In this document: positions 9,611-18,764 of the stretch, one piece after another
Layout of the letters: each line of letters begins with the position of its first letter
Numbering within the stretch: the first letter of the stretch is position 1
Sequence record: PP496443.1
DNA length: 64,000 nt
Reading direction: 5' to 3' (one strand)
The notes under the pieces: model-generated
What the model was told of the DNA's origin: nothing
The model's database searches: none
What the model saw: only the letters and a program-made list of their open reading frames with translations
Translations under genes and position numbers: made by a program

Positions 9611-9805
9611 ATGAGCAGGTATGAACTGACTACTGCACAGTATCGCCGGGTAGTTGCCCACCTGATGTACTGGCAGCGGGGACTTAATGAGGCCATGGAT
9701 GATTGTGGTCTACCGCGCAGTGAACGGGAAGATGTAATCGGAGCACTCGCCAGCGCCGGGTATACCTACAACGAAGACTCAGACACGCTTGTTTATTCGT
9801 GTTAG
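9611..9805 (+). CDS. Small hypothetical protein (64 aa, MSRYELTT...)
   Basis: GGAG RBS at 9601, ATG at 9611. Confidence 0.5.
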   Translation: MSRYELTTAQYRRVVAHLMYWQRGLNEAMDDCGLPRSEREDVIGALASAGYTYNEDSDTLVYSC

Positions 9806-9916
9806 TACGGGGTGCCGTAGGATCGCGCAGGCGCCACGATGCCCCATGGACCGCCACACTGACCAATGGAACCACGGAAAACCCGACCTGCAGCGGCTGG
9901 CGCGGATTCCGCCCAC

Positions 9917-9953
9917 AAAAAAAGCCCCGTCCAATACCGGCACGGGGCTTTTT
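9917..9953. terminator. Bidirectional intrinsic terminator
   Basis: A-run GCCCCGT...ACGGGGC T-run between convergent genes, downstream of the tail tube gene. Confidence 0.8.
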
Positions 9954-9977
9954 CACCTCACTACGCTACCGGATGCC

Positions 9978-10493
9978 TTACAGCGGCGATTCGGTGAACG
10001 TGTCGATAGAGAGGGTGAGCGAAGGACGAACGATGTCCGAGTTCTCACCATCCAGCTGACCGCCTGCAGGATCGTAATCCTCCAAGAAGCAACCTTTGAT
10101 GATGTACACGTACACCGGGATATCCTGACGGTTCTTACGAACCAACTGGAAGATCGCCTTCACGTCAGCGTTACGCGCTTGAACACCGTTCTGGATGTTG
10201 AAGCACTGTTGACGCCACTGAGCAAGCGCCTGGAGGAAGCGATAATCCGCAGTCTCCGCAGCGATCATGTTCAGGTTGGGAGTAGCCGCCATGATGCCTG
10301 GCTGGCGGATACGAATACCGCGAATCCAGACATCGGTGGTTTGCCCTGCGTCGGTTTTGGGAACGTCGGTAGCCAGCAGCCGAATGTTCAGGTCGGTAGG
10401 CATGTCAACACCTACCGGGGACTTGAGGCAAGTCAAGTCCCATTTGTGCATGGGGGCGAAGTCCCCCAACGCATTGATCTGTTCATATTGCAT
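9978..10493 (-). CDS. Tail tube protein (T4 gp19-like)
   Basis: 171 aa directly after the sheath gene; gp19-like pattern (KWDL...IRGIRIRQPG...QWRQ...YIIKGCF...QLD...RPSLTLSID). Confidence 0.8.
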   Translation of the reverse strand: MQYEQINALGDFAPMHKWDLTCLKSPVGVDMPTDLNIRLLATDVPKTDAGQTTDVWIRGIRIRQPGIMAATPNLNMIAAETADYRFLQALAQWRQQCFNIQNGVQARNADVKAIFQLVRKNRQDIPVYVYIIKGCFLEDYDPAGGQLDGENSDIVRPSLTLSIDTFTESPL

Positions 10494-10505
10494 GGTCAGC
10501 CCTCC

Positions 10506-13349
10506 TTACACGCGGCCGAAAGCATCGTCGAAAGACATGCCGTAGCGGGTAACGACAGTCTTGAATCGGATGAACTCGGCATCGAGGGTTGGCTTGACGA
10601 ACAGCCACACGTTGATAACCTGATTCTCGATATCGTTGTCGCCGTTGTTGGACGTGTCGCAGACGGTGTAGTAATCGTACACACCTTTCCGCGCTTTGAT
10701 CCCGTCCATGTAATCGTCGATCAGGACCTTGATCTCGTTCCGCACTTCCGGCGTGTTCAGTTCGAACACGTAATCTTCGAGTGCTTCCTTGATGGCAGGT
10801 TCGATCACGATCAGCAACAGCCGAACGTTCAGACTGCGAGTTGCGGATTGAGTTGGGGACAGCGTCCGTTGACCCCAGACCACGATGCCTTTCCCTTTGG
10901 CGAACCAAATCGGGTTGACCTCGATGTCGTAGAGGAAGTCCATCTCCCCTTCGGTGAAGCGGATCAGCGTGTCGAGTACGTTCAGAACACCACGACGGAA
11001 ACCGGCTGGTGGATACCAGAGCTCGGAGTTCGCGCCAGTCTTGCTGATCACCGCGCCGACGAAACCATCCGGCGACACGTAGATGTCGCGGTTGTTGTAC
11101 TTGTCAGTAACCTTGACGTGCGGTGCATACAGCGCAGCGTACGAAGTGTTCGCGTTCAGAACCGACTGGCGGTAGTTCGCGATCTGATTCAAGTAGTCCG
11201 AAGACGATTCCGCAGCGTACGGGCAAGACAGGATAGCTACGCAGTCCATGCGCTGCTCTGCCAGTGCGATCAGTGCCTTGGCATACGATGCCGTAGCGCG
11301 GCCACCATCCAGAAGGAGGGTGATTGGCAGACCTTGCAGCTTGCCCAACGCCTTGATCATATCGGAGTCGGTCACCGCAGTGCCGTCATCGCCGCCGCCT
11401 ACGTAGATACCGTAAGGAGCGGAGCCGTCGTCTTTGGTGACAAGGGAAGCATCACCTGCGTCCACGGTGAACGTGATGGTCACCTTGGCAGCGGCAGCAG
11501 TAACGGTATCTACTGTCGCAACGCTGTCGTACGAAGCGGCACCCAGCAGGGCAGCAACCTCGGCAGCGGTATCCGCGCTGTACGGAATGGTAACCTTGAC
11601 GCCAGCCAGCTCAACAACCTCGTCATTGCCGGAAGTGTTACCCGACAGAACGATGAAGGATTGTTGCTCTGCTACTGCGTCCACGCCTGCCACGAAGCGG
11701 CGGACAATGGAGCAAGACGTGGTGCTGATCGACGAAGGGGCGGTCTTTACCGGCAGGTTCGCGTCGTGGGCAGTGGTCTTGTAGGTGACCAGTACCTTGG
11801 CACCATCAGCGGCTACTGAGGCGAAGTCTGCTACAGTGCTGTAGTTGCTGTTCGCGATGGATGCAGCAACGTCTGCCAAGTTGGTGCTGGCAGCAGTAAC
11901 CTGAGTGACGACACCGTTCAGAGTGAAGTCTTCGACCGCGCCCGAGTTGTTAGCGGCGTTGACGTTGAACGACACGATCTTGGGTTTCTCAGCCTGCGGT
12001 GCCACGTACGGCTGGGTTACAGCAGGTGCGCCGAAAGTGGTGGTGTTGCCACCTGGGTTGGTCAGGCTGGTAGCCGCGTTCTCCGCAGCCACTTTGTACG
12101 TCACCTTGACCGTGGTGTTGTTGACCACAGACACGGACTGGATCAGCGTGTCAGCAGCATACGACGCCGAGGCAATCGCAGCAGCTACCGCAGCAGCAGT
12201 GGTCGCGGCCAGAGGCACGGTGACCGTGGTGCTACCCAGAGTGAACTGTTCGTCCGCACCCGAGCTGTTGCCCGAGTTGACCAAGAAGGTCCACGTCTTA
12301 CCAACGCCTTGAACCGCAGGGGCGTAAGCCTGAACCACGGTGAAGCCGCTGGTACGAACACTCTCTGGCTTGCCAACGGTGAACGTCGCTACCGAGGCAG
12401 CGCTCTCTTTCATGGTCAGGGTGACCACGGCGCCGGAAGCCTCGACACGATCCACTGCCGGAATGTTGTTCCACTCTGGCGACGTAGCAATGACCGAAGC
12501 CAATGCAGACGTGGTAGTGGCATTCGCCGGGACGTCGATGTTGATGGTCTGGCCAGCGCCGGTGACCTTCAGCTTGAGCACTTGACCCGTGCTGTTACCA
12601 GATTGCACGGTGAACGACTGTTGTTGAACAGTCGCAGCCTTGCTGGCAACGAAGTCGCGGGTTTGAGTCAGGTCGCCGAACGACACCGTGGTAACCTTGG
12701 TGTTTTTCGGGAACAGCTTCTCGTCCGCGATTGGGTTGGAGACCCAACGGATGTAAGCCGACGACTGCAAAGCGGTTTCGACGTACATCGATTGGCCCAG
12801 GCCGTTGACCGCGCCTTGCAAGCGGGACACCTCGAACGACTCGACCAGCGCGCCGTAGAAGTACACACGAATGCGGAACGGGTTGTACGAAGCAGTCTGC
12901 TTGGTGATACGGTCGAGGATCACCGAGATGTTAGACGACCACACACCTGGGCTCGATGCGTAGATCAAACCAGCATCATCCGCAGTGAACGGATACGACT
13001 CTGGGTCGTCCAGGTCTTGGCTCGGAACGCGAACGTCCTGATCCGAAGTGGAGACCGGGATGATCAAGCCGCCAGCCAGCGTCTGTGAACCGGCGCGGAT
13101 TACCCACAGCTTGTTGGAAGCCTGAAGGAATGTCGCGGCGGAATACATGGCCAGGTCGGCACCAATACGGATACTGGAGTTCTCCGTATAACTTTGAATC
13201 AGATCCTGCTCGGAAGTCGTCAACTTCGCTTCTTCCTGCGACCCTCGCGGGGCACCTGGAAGTACGATTGCGCCGTAAACGCCCGGCGAACTCGCAACCG
13301 AAGTCGCGAGATTGATTTCCGAGAGGGTTACCTTTGCTGCACCACTCAT
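10506..13349 (-). CDS. Contractile tail sheath protein with inserted repeat domains
   Basis: Sheath N-terminus (VTLSEINL, PGVYGAIV) and canonical C-terminus (LWYPPAGFRRG, VNPI, VVWGQRTL, LNVRLLL, FELN, YYTVCDTSNN, VKPTLDAEFI). Confidence 0.92.
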   Translation of the reverse strand: MSGAAKVTLSEINLATSVASSPGVYGAIVLPGAPRGSQEEAKLTTSEQDLIQSYTENSSIRIGADLAMYSAATFLQASNKLWVIRAGSQTLAGGLIIPVSTSDQDVRVPSQDLDDPESYPFTADDAGLIYASSPGVWSSNISVILDRITKQTASYNPFRIRVYFYGALVESFEVSRLQGAVNGLGQSMYVETALQSSAYIRWVSNPIADEKLFPKNTKVTTVSFGDLTQTRDFVASKAATVQQQSFTVQSGNSTGQVLKLKVTGAGQTINIDVPANATTTSALASVIATSPEWNNIPAVDRVEASGAVVTLTMKESAASVATFTVGKPESVRTSGFTVVQAYAPAVQGVGKTWTFLVNSGNSSGADEQFTLGSTTVTVPLAATTAAAVAAAIASASYAADTLIQSVSVVNNTTVKVTYKVAAENAATSLTNPGGNTTTFGAPAVTQPYVAPQAEKPKIVSFNVNAANNSGAVEDFTLNGVVTQVTAASTNLADVAASIANSNYSTVADFASVAADGAKVLVTYKTTAHDANLPVKTAPSSISTTSCSIVRRFVAGVDAVAEQQSFIVLSGNTSGNDEVVELAGVKVTIPYSADTAAEVAALLGAASYDSVATVDTVTAAAAKVTITFTVDAGDASLVTKDDGSAPYGIYVGGGDDGTAVTDSDMIKALGKLQGLPITLLLDGGRATASYAKALIALAEQRMDCVAILSCPYAAESSSDYLNQIANYRQSVLNANTSYAALYAPHVKVTDKYNNRDIYVSPDGFVGAVISKTGANSELWYPPAGFRRGVLNVLDTLIRFTEGEMDFLYDIEVNPIWFAKGKGIVVWGQRTLSPTQSATRSLNVRLLLIVIEPAIKEALEDYVFELNTPEVRNEIKVLIDDYMDGIKARKGVYDYYTVCDTSNNGDNDIENQVINVWLFVKPTLDAEFIRFKTVVTRYGMSFDDAFGRV
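11465..12626 (-). repeat. Four ~95-100-aa degenerate repeats inside the sheath
   Basis: QQSFTVQSGNSTG / KTWTFLVNSGNSSG / KIVSFNVNAANNSG / QQSFIVLSGNTSG, each followed by a beta hairpin, an Ala-rich helix (e.g. TAAAVAAAIAS) and VxVTY/F. Confidence 0.8.
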
Positions 13350-13370
13350 AGTGATTCCCTCGATGGAGTG

Positions 13371-13559
13371 TTAAGCCTGAACTTGTTCAGTAACCTTGCC
13401 CGGCAACGGGTAGGTCAACTGATCACGATCCAGACGTTTCAGGACGCCGAGCGGCGGCAGGGTAACGGAATCTTTTCCCTCTGGACCATAGGCCAGCTGG
13501 ATGGGGTGCTTCGCCGTCGAATACAGATTGACGTAAACTTTTTCTTGATCAGACATCAC
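13371..13559 (-). CDS. Small hypothetical protein (tail module)
   Basis: 62 aa with RBS (GGAGA), lying between two tail genes. Confidence 0.6.
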   Translation of the reverse strand: MMSDQEKVYVNLYSTAKHPIQLAYGPEGKDSVTLPPLGVLKRLDRDQLTYPLPGKVTEQVQA

Positions 13560-13574
13560 ATCGTCTCCTAACCG

Positions 13575-14261
13575 TTATGGCGTCGGGGTCAGATCTATTT
13601 CCTTGCGGAACAGTACCTCGCCCTTACCGTTTTCACCTTCATCAAGCTGGGCAACGAAGATAATCTTCGAGCTGTTCTTGAGCTTCGTGTCATACTTGCC
13701 ACCATCACTGGAGACAAAGCCGTGGACAGTAATGTCTACGTTGAACACGAACGCCGATACGTCCTGACCCGCCTTCGACTTGGGAGGCAATGTCAGGTCA
13801 CCACCGACTTGAGACTCAATCGTGAACGCGATACCTCGGTACTCCAGCGTGAAATCCAGCAGGCTTAAATGCTGCATGAACTTCGCGTCACTGATGAACT
13901 TTAGCGCCTTCAGGTAATCGTCGGTAGCGAACTCCAGAACCATACCCATTGTAACCGGGATGATACTGATTGCGTACTCTCGATCCCCCTCGTTGACGGC
14001 AAAACGATTAACAATCCCTCGCGCTGTCACATTGGGGCGGTGTCGATTGGAATCACCTACGGTGCCGTAAGTCAGATAAGCGAAAGGGAACGTTGGTGCC
14101 TTTTCCTTTTTCTGAACGAACACATCGTAAGCTTCTTCCCGCGTTCGAATCATGACGCTGCCTTTAGCTAGGTCCAGCCCTTCTTCGACACGACGGCATA
14201 CACCCGCCAAGACGAACACCTCGATGGGCTTGATCCTTGTACTTGCTGAAGACTTAGCCAT
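13575..14261 (-). CDS. Putative tail completion/terminator protein
   Basis: Position between capsid and sheath genes; PTFPFAYLTY and alternating beta strands typical of tail terminator proteins. Function is inference. Confidence 0.5.
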   Translation of the reverse strand: MAKSSASTRIKPIEVFVLAGVCRRVEEGLDLAKGSVMIRTREEAYDVFVQKKEKAPTFPFAYLTYGTVGDSNRHRPNVTARGIVNRFAVNEGDREYAISIIPVTMGMVLEFATDDYLKALKFISDAKFMQHLSLLDFTLEYRGIAFTIESQVGGDLTLPPKSKAGQDVSAFVFNVDITVHGFVSSDGGKYDTKLKNSSKIIFVAQLDEGENGKGEVLFRKEIDLTPTP

Positions 14262-14272
14262 TTTCTACCTCG

Positions 14273-14309
14273 AAAAAAGGGTGGGTGGGCGGTAACACCC
14301 ACCCACCCT
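14273..14309 (-). terminator. Strong intrinsic terminator after the major capsid gene
   Basis: Perfect 12-bp stem AGGGTGGGTGGG/CCCACCCACCCT followed by a T-run on the minus strand. Confidence 0.85.
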
Positions 14310-14330
14310 ATATCACCTGACGTGCTGTGG

Positions 14331-15419
14331 TTACTGGCGGATAGCCTTAGTCACAGTGCGAGAGTTGATGATGGACATCGCGGTCAGCTGGCTCATGGTC
14401 CAACCACGACCTGGGAAGCGCTCGGTGGTCTCGTCGATAGGGCGAGCCTCGATGCCATCACGGTCGGAGTACACACCATGGTTCTCTGGCGAGGAAACCA
14501 CGTACATCTCGCCACGGCCCAGCACCTTGTGCTGCGAATGACGGAACTGGTCAGTGATCACTTCCAGGCCGTACACGTTGCCGATGTTGCCGGTTTGAAT
14601 CAGCTCTTCGGCGTACGAGGTGGCGTTGAAAGTGTTGACCCAGCTTTCTTCGCTGATGATGTCGGTCAGGATGTCCGACGAGATCAACCAGAATGCCGCT
14701 GGCAGTCCCCACTGGGTGATGTTACTCACCATGTTGGCCAGAGCGCGGGTGGTCACTTGACCGGCGAGGATGGTCTGCTCGTTGGCTACGCCGACCGACG
14801 CATCGGCCAGACGTTTCCACAGGCGGTCTTCCGCAACCATGAACGCTTCCAGCGTGGAGATGTACGTACGGTCGAGCAGAGTGGCCGGGCCGCGAGCCAG
14901 GTCTTTCTGTTCGATGTACGGACGCGCTTGGAGGTAAAACTCTTGCGGGTAGTACACGTTGTCGCGAACCAGGTGGGTCGCAACTTGGGCAGGACCAGTC
15001 GAGAGGACCGCGACGGACTGCTTCATGTCCACGGTGACTTTCGGCTCTTGGCCTTGTTCCAGTTCCATGCGTTGCAGCAGACGACGTGCGAAGCCGTCAC
15101 GGTTGCCGGTCACTTGCATCTCGGCGGCGAACACTTCGCCCAGTGCAACCAGCTCTTCCTTGCTGGCGAATGCGGCTTCAACCATCTCGCGCTTGCGAGC
15201 GGCAGCAGCCGAAGCAGTTTCAACCTGCTTCTCGGTGGTCAGCTGGTGACCACTCTTGGCCGCAGCTGCGAGGGTCTGGAGCATGCCGAAAAGTTCTTTG
15301 TTCGAACTGGCGTTGAACTCGCCGTTCTGGCCAACCAGCTTACCGCCGCCTGCCATGGACAGTTCGGTGATGATGCTCGGACGGCTGACGGACAGCCCTT
15401 TAAGTTGCAATGCTTTCAT
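14331..15419 (-). CDS. Major capsid protein (putative)
   Basis: 362 aa, extreme codon bias, lies after scaffold-like and decoration-like genes and before a strong terminator; P-domain-like IGNVYGLEVITD segment. Confidence 0.75.
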   Translation of the reverse strand: MKALQLKGLSVSRPSIITELSMAGGGKLVGQNGEFNASSNKELFGMLQTLAAAAKSGHQLTTEKQVETASAAAARKREMVEAAFASKEELVALGEVFAAEMQVTGNRDGFARRLLQRMELEQGQEPKVTVDMKQSVAVLSTGPAQVATHLVRDNVYYPQEFYLQARPYIEQKDLARGPATLLDRTYISTLEAFMVAEDRLWKRLADASVGVANEQTILAGQVTTRALANMVSNITQWGLPAAFWLISSDILTDIISEESWVNTFNATSYAEELIQTGNIGNVYGLEVITDQFRHSQHKVLGRGEMYVVSSPENHGVYSDRDGIEARPIDETTERFPGRGWTMSQLTAMSIINSRTVTKAIRQ

Positions 15420-15482
15420 GAGGTTTTAATCCTGTGCAGGAAAATCAGAAGACCTTGTCTGTATTGATAAGGCTAACTAGCC

Positions 15483-16190
15483 TTACAGCAGGACCAGTTT
15501 CAGGAACGGATAGCCTTCATCCGGGCCTTTCAGAACAGCGACGCCTTGCAGCACGGTGCCGTTGCCACCGCTGGTGAACAGGCCGTTCGCGCCGAGGGTG
15601 ACCACGGTCTCAGGGGACCAGTCAACGTTGGTGTCGAATTCGGAAGTCGCCAGCTCGCCTTTGGTGATGGCGGTGGTAATACCGAGGAAAGCAGCGGCGG
15701 TACGACCGGCAGACTGTTCGCCTTGCAGCGAAGCAGCTTCTACGACGGTCGGGGTGTAGCGATAGCCAGCCTGAATCGCTTGGTCTTTCTGTGCAGCGTT
15801 CAGCGTGACGGTCTTGCCGTCCGACGCGAGGCTGAACTTGCCAGCAGTGGCAGCATCACCAGCGGTCAGGGTGGTCTTGGTGCCGTTGGCAGCAGTAGCT
15901 ACCAGACGCAGCGAACCGGCGTCGGCGACAGCCTTGTCCAGCACCAGAGTAGTGCTGTTACGGTTGGCTTCGAAACCTTGCAGCTTCGGCAGGAAGTCCG
16001 GGAACTGGGTCTGGTTGATGTTGATGCCGAAGAAGCGCTCACCGGCAACACCAGTGGAGGGCTTGACTGCCAACTCACCGTCAGCGCCGGTAGTGATAAC
16101 CAGAGCGCAACCTTCGTTGGTCAATTCGATCCCTTCCGCCACTTGGACAGGTTGGGATTCGCGCAGATGAACGACGTCGAAACTGAGCAT
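15483..16190 (-). CDS. Capsid decoration/stabilising protein (putative)
   Basis: 235 aa, Ala/Gly/Thr-rich, high codon bias, immediately upstream of the MCP gene, AGGA RBS. Confidence 0.55.
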   Translation of the reverse strand: MLSFDVVHLRESQPVQVAEGIELTNEGCALVITTGADGELAVKPSTGVAGERFFGININQTQFPDFLPKLQGFEANRNSTTLVLDKAVADAGSLRLVATAANGTKTTLTAGDAATAGKFSLASDGKTVTLNAAQKDQAIQAGYRYTPTVVEAASLQGEQSAGRTAAAFLGITTAITKGELATSEFDTNVDWSPETVVTLGANGLFTSGGNGTVLQGVAVLKGPDEGYPFLKLVLL

Positions 16191-16251
16191 GGTACGTTCC
16201 TCAAAGGAAGGATAGATAAAAACGGATGACTGTCTCGGGTTGAATCAACCC

Positions 16252-17781
16252 TTAACTGATGCGGAACAGTCCGCCTTGAGCGAGTTCACGCACACGCGAG
16301 TTACCCTTCTGAACAGGTTCATTCAGGAAGGAAGCGGTGGTTACCTGGCGCAACGGGGTCTCGAGTTGGTTTTCCAGCTGCGCAGTAGAAGCCTGACGGC
16401 CAGTGCTGCGAGTCGAGGAACCTACCGGAGTAGTGGACGCGATGGTTTCCGCCAGATCATTCAGGCTGCTCGGATCACGGGCTGCCAGTGTCTGAGCCAG
16501 CGCGAGGACGTTTTGGTTATGTTCGTCTTCGGTTTCGGCCAAAGCGCTCTCAACCATGGCTTGCGCGTTCTGTACACCGGCGGTGGTCAGATCGGCAATC
16601 AGGCGTTCCTTCACTTTGTGTGGGGTGTTACGGAAGAACCCACGGGTCATACCAGCTGTCGCCAGCTGAAGGCCATGCAGCAGTCGTTCGGTCTGATCGC
16701 CAACGGTGTCGGCGACTTCGGCGGCAGCGACAGCCTTAGCCTTTTCTTGCACGAATGCCATCGCCATCGCGGCAGGGGCCTTGAAGCTGTTACGCTGGAA
16801 GCCGTAGCTAGCCAGAGTTGCGTCCAAGCCGTCCTTGTTGAACGTCTGGGCGATTGCTTCCATGTAAGCTGGCTCGCCGAAGATATCGGCGTTGGCGGTT
16901 TCTGCGGTCTTGTGCAGGACAGCCACGGTCTGATCGTTGACGTTAGCCAAGATCTTGCCGTTCAGCGGGATGAATTCAGCAGTCGCGTTTTCACTCAGGC
17001 CAACCGAGGACAGCGCTTCGAGAACGTCGATGTTCATATCTTCGGGCTCGTCACATTGGTCGGGATTCTGCGTGGACTGGATGACTTCGGCTTCTTCAAC
17101 CGGTTCGTCTTCCGACTCCTCTTCTTCCTCGTCATCAGCTTCGGCGGATGCAACCACCGGCTTCTGCTTCGGCATGATGATCATCGGATTGTCCTCGGCG
17201 GAAGCTTCTTCCTCCAAGTCCTCGTCAGACTCATTCGATTCGTCGTCTTCCAGTTCTTCGTCGTCGGCGCTGGTGTCGTCATCGCTTAGATCCGAATCGT
17301 CTTCCGACTCTTCTTCATCATCGGCGCTGGCTTCTTCGGCGGGTTGATCGCCGTCCCATGCCCAATCGGCGTTCGCGTCTTCTTCGTCGGTAGCAGTGGT
17401 ATCATCCTCTGCACCCGCGAGAGTTACGCTGGGGTTCAGTACCATCCCCGTACCGCATTCAACACAGCAGATCTCTACGTGGCCTTCTTTGTTCACCGGC
17501 ATTTGCGCCAGCTCTTCATCGAACATCACGTTAGCCACGGTGCACTGACGGCACTGCGCGCTGGTAAGGCTATCTTCTTCCGACTGGTTAAAGACGGAAG
17601 CAGTGATTGCCTCAGCACGCTGTTTCATGGCTGGACTGCCGCAGTGACCGCAGAACGGATCGCACCCCGCCAACGCTACCGTTTCCTCTTTGCAGTGACC
17701 GCACTGGTATGAAGCCAGTACAGCTTGCTTGAGGCTACGCATGGTTGGGGCGTGAGAAGCGATCATGGTGAGCTTCGGCAT
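16252..17781 (-). CDS. Putative prohead scaffold protein with N-terminal Cys4 motifs and acidic linker
   Basis: Start re-called to MPKLTM (AGAGGAG RBS). CGHC, CGHC, CRQC and CVEC motifs, a long D/E tract and a helical C-terminus, upstream of the capsid genes. Confidence 0.6.
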   Translation of the reverse strand: MPKLTMIASHAPTMRSLKQAVLASYQCGHCKEETVALAGCDPFCGHCGSPAMKQRAEAITASVFNQSEEDSLTSAQCRQCTVANVMFDEELAQMPVNKEGHVEICCVECGTGMVLNPSVTLAGAEDDTTATDEEDANADWAWDGDQPAEEASADDEEESEDDSDLSDDDTSADDEELEDDESNESDEDLEEEASAEDNPMIIMPKQKPVVASAEADDEEEEESEDEPVEEAEVIQSTQNPDQCDEPEDMNIDVLEALSSVGLSENATAEFIPLNGKILANVNDQTVAVLHKTAETANADIFGEPAYMEAIAQTFNKDGLDATLASYGFQRNSFKAPAAMAMAFVQEKAKAVAAAEVADTVGDQTERLLHGLQLATAGMTRGFFRNTPHKVKERLIADLTTAGVQNAQAMVESALAETEDEHNQNVLALAQTLAARDPSSLNDLAETIASTTPVGSSTRSTGRQASTAQLENQLETPLRQVTTASFLNEPVQKGNSRVRELAQGGLFRIS

Positions 17782-17923
17782 GCGAAGTGCTCCTCTTGCT
17801 GTCAATGGGCTGCTACACACTATAAGCATGAGCAGATCTTCGAGCAGGCCACCTCGACGGCCCCTGCTACGGTAAACTCGGATTAACCCCTCCACGCGTA
17901 TATAACGTTTTGGGAACAATTCA

Positions 17924-17933
17924 AATTACATAC
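17924..17933 (-). promoter_or_regulatory. GTATGTAATT motif, candidate late promoter for the head operon
   Basis: Identical to 7621-7630; intergenic. Confidence 0.35.
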
Positions 17934-18108
17934 GACCAGAGTGCCATGGTGTCCATACCTGCGTCAAAACGCCCGTTTGCCATCATGTCGGGATATGCCC
18001 AGCCATATGAGTGCTAAGTCATTGATTACCTTGACAATTTATTAGGGGGTATGTGGCCCCCTAATTCATGGAAATTCAGGTATTTTGGCTATATCTGCGT
18101 CAAAGTGC

Positions 18109-18137
18109 TTGACAAACGCTGCCAGGCCCTGTATACT
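18109..18137 (+). promoter_or_regulatory. Sigma70-type promoter
   Basis: TTGACA-N17-TATACT upstream of the ORF starting at 18201. Confidence 0.8.
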
Positions 18138-18200
18138 GCACGGGCGAGCTACTATTCCAGCCCGCTACGTCCATGCCCACCGGGGCACGAAGGAACCAAC

Positions 18201-18677
18201 ATGAAGAGCATGATTCGCCGCAAAGATGGGTTTTACACGGAGTTGTTGGCCGGTGCTAAAGACCCTGTCGCCCTTTCCAAGACTGCATTCAACCGTGGAC
18301 TGACCCGGATCGTTGCATCTATTACGAGCAGTGTTAAGCTGCGGTACGTAGTAGATTCCGAAACCGGTGATGCGGAATACCGGGTGAGAGTGAAGTTTCA
18401 GAAAAGCCAGTTGACCCGCAAGGGTACTCCGGCTATCAAGGTGGGACGGGTACTGGTTCCTGTTGATCTCGACAGCATTGCAGTACATTGCACGTGTCAG
18501 GACTTTCGATTCACCTGGTACACCTATTTGAAGAACTCTGGGCACGCTGCCGGTTGGTTCAAGCAGGTGGAGTTGAAAGGATCTGGCCGCACTCGGGAAG
18601 CTGACCACGCAGGTTGCTGCAAACACGTCGCCGGTGTACTGGCAATGGTTGAGCAGAACGTTATCGTCAAGCTGTGA
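18201..18677 (+). CDS. SWIM zinc-finger protein
   Basis: VHCTCQDF...CCKHVAGV (CxCxnCxH). Start re-called to the ATG at 18201 behind an AAGGA RBS. Confidence 0.75.
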   Translation: MKSMIRRKDGFYTELLAGAKDPVALSKTAFNRGLTRIVASITSSVKLRYVVDSETGDAEYRVRVKFQKSQLTRKGTPAIKVGRVLVPVDLDSIAVHCTCQDFRFTWYTYLKNSGHAAGWFKQVELKGSGRTREADHAGCCKHVAGVLAMVEQNVIVKL

Positions 18678-18712
18678 CCCAGATGCAGTGAGTGTTACAT
18701 GATAGAGAAAAT

Positions 18713-18748
18713 AAAACCCCACCGGTTCGCGCCGTGTGGGGTTTTTTA
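18713..18748. terminator. Bidirectional intrinsic terminator
   Basis: AAAACCCCAC...GTGGGGTTTT between convergent genes. Confidence 0.75.
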
Positions 18749-18764
18749 TGTCTGAAATTCAATC

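Noticed and set aside
9789-11819. 676-aa plus-strand ORF
   Set aside because: Antisense shadow of the tail tube and sheath genes. Strong codon bias removes stops on the opposite strand; no RBS and no motifs.
14279-14309. GGGTGGGTGGG as a G-quadruplex
   Set aside because: Only three G-tracts, and it pairs perfectly with the adjacent CCCACCCACCC. Fully explained as the capsid-gene terminator.
17782-18200. N-terminal extensions of ORFs 16252..17919 and 18051..18677
   Set aside because: Both extensions cover promoter-containing intergenic DNA. Downstream ATGs (17781, 18201) have clear RBSs.
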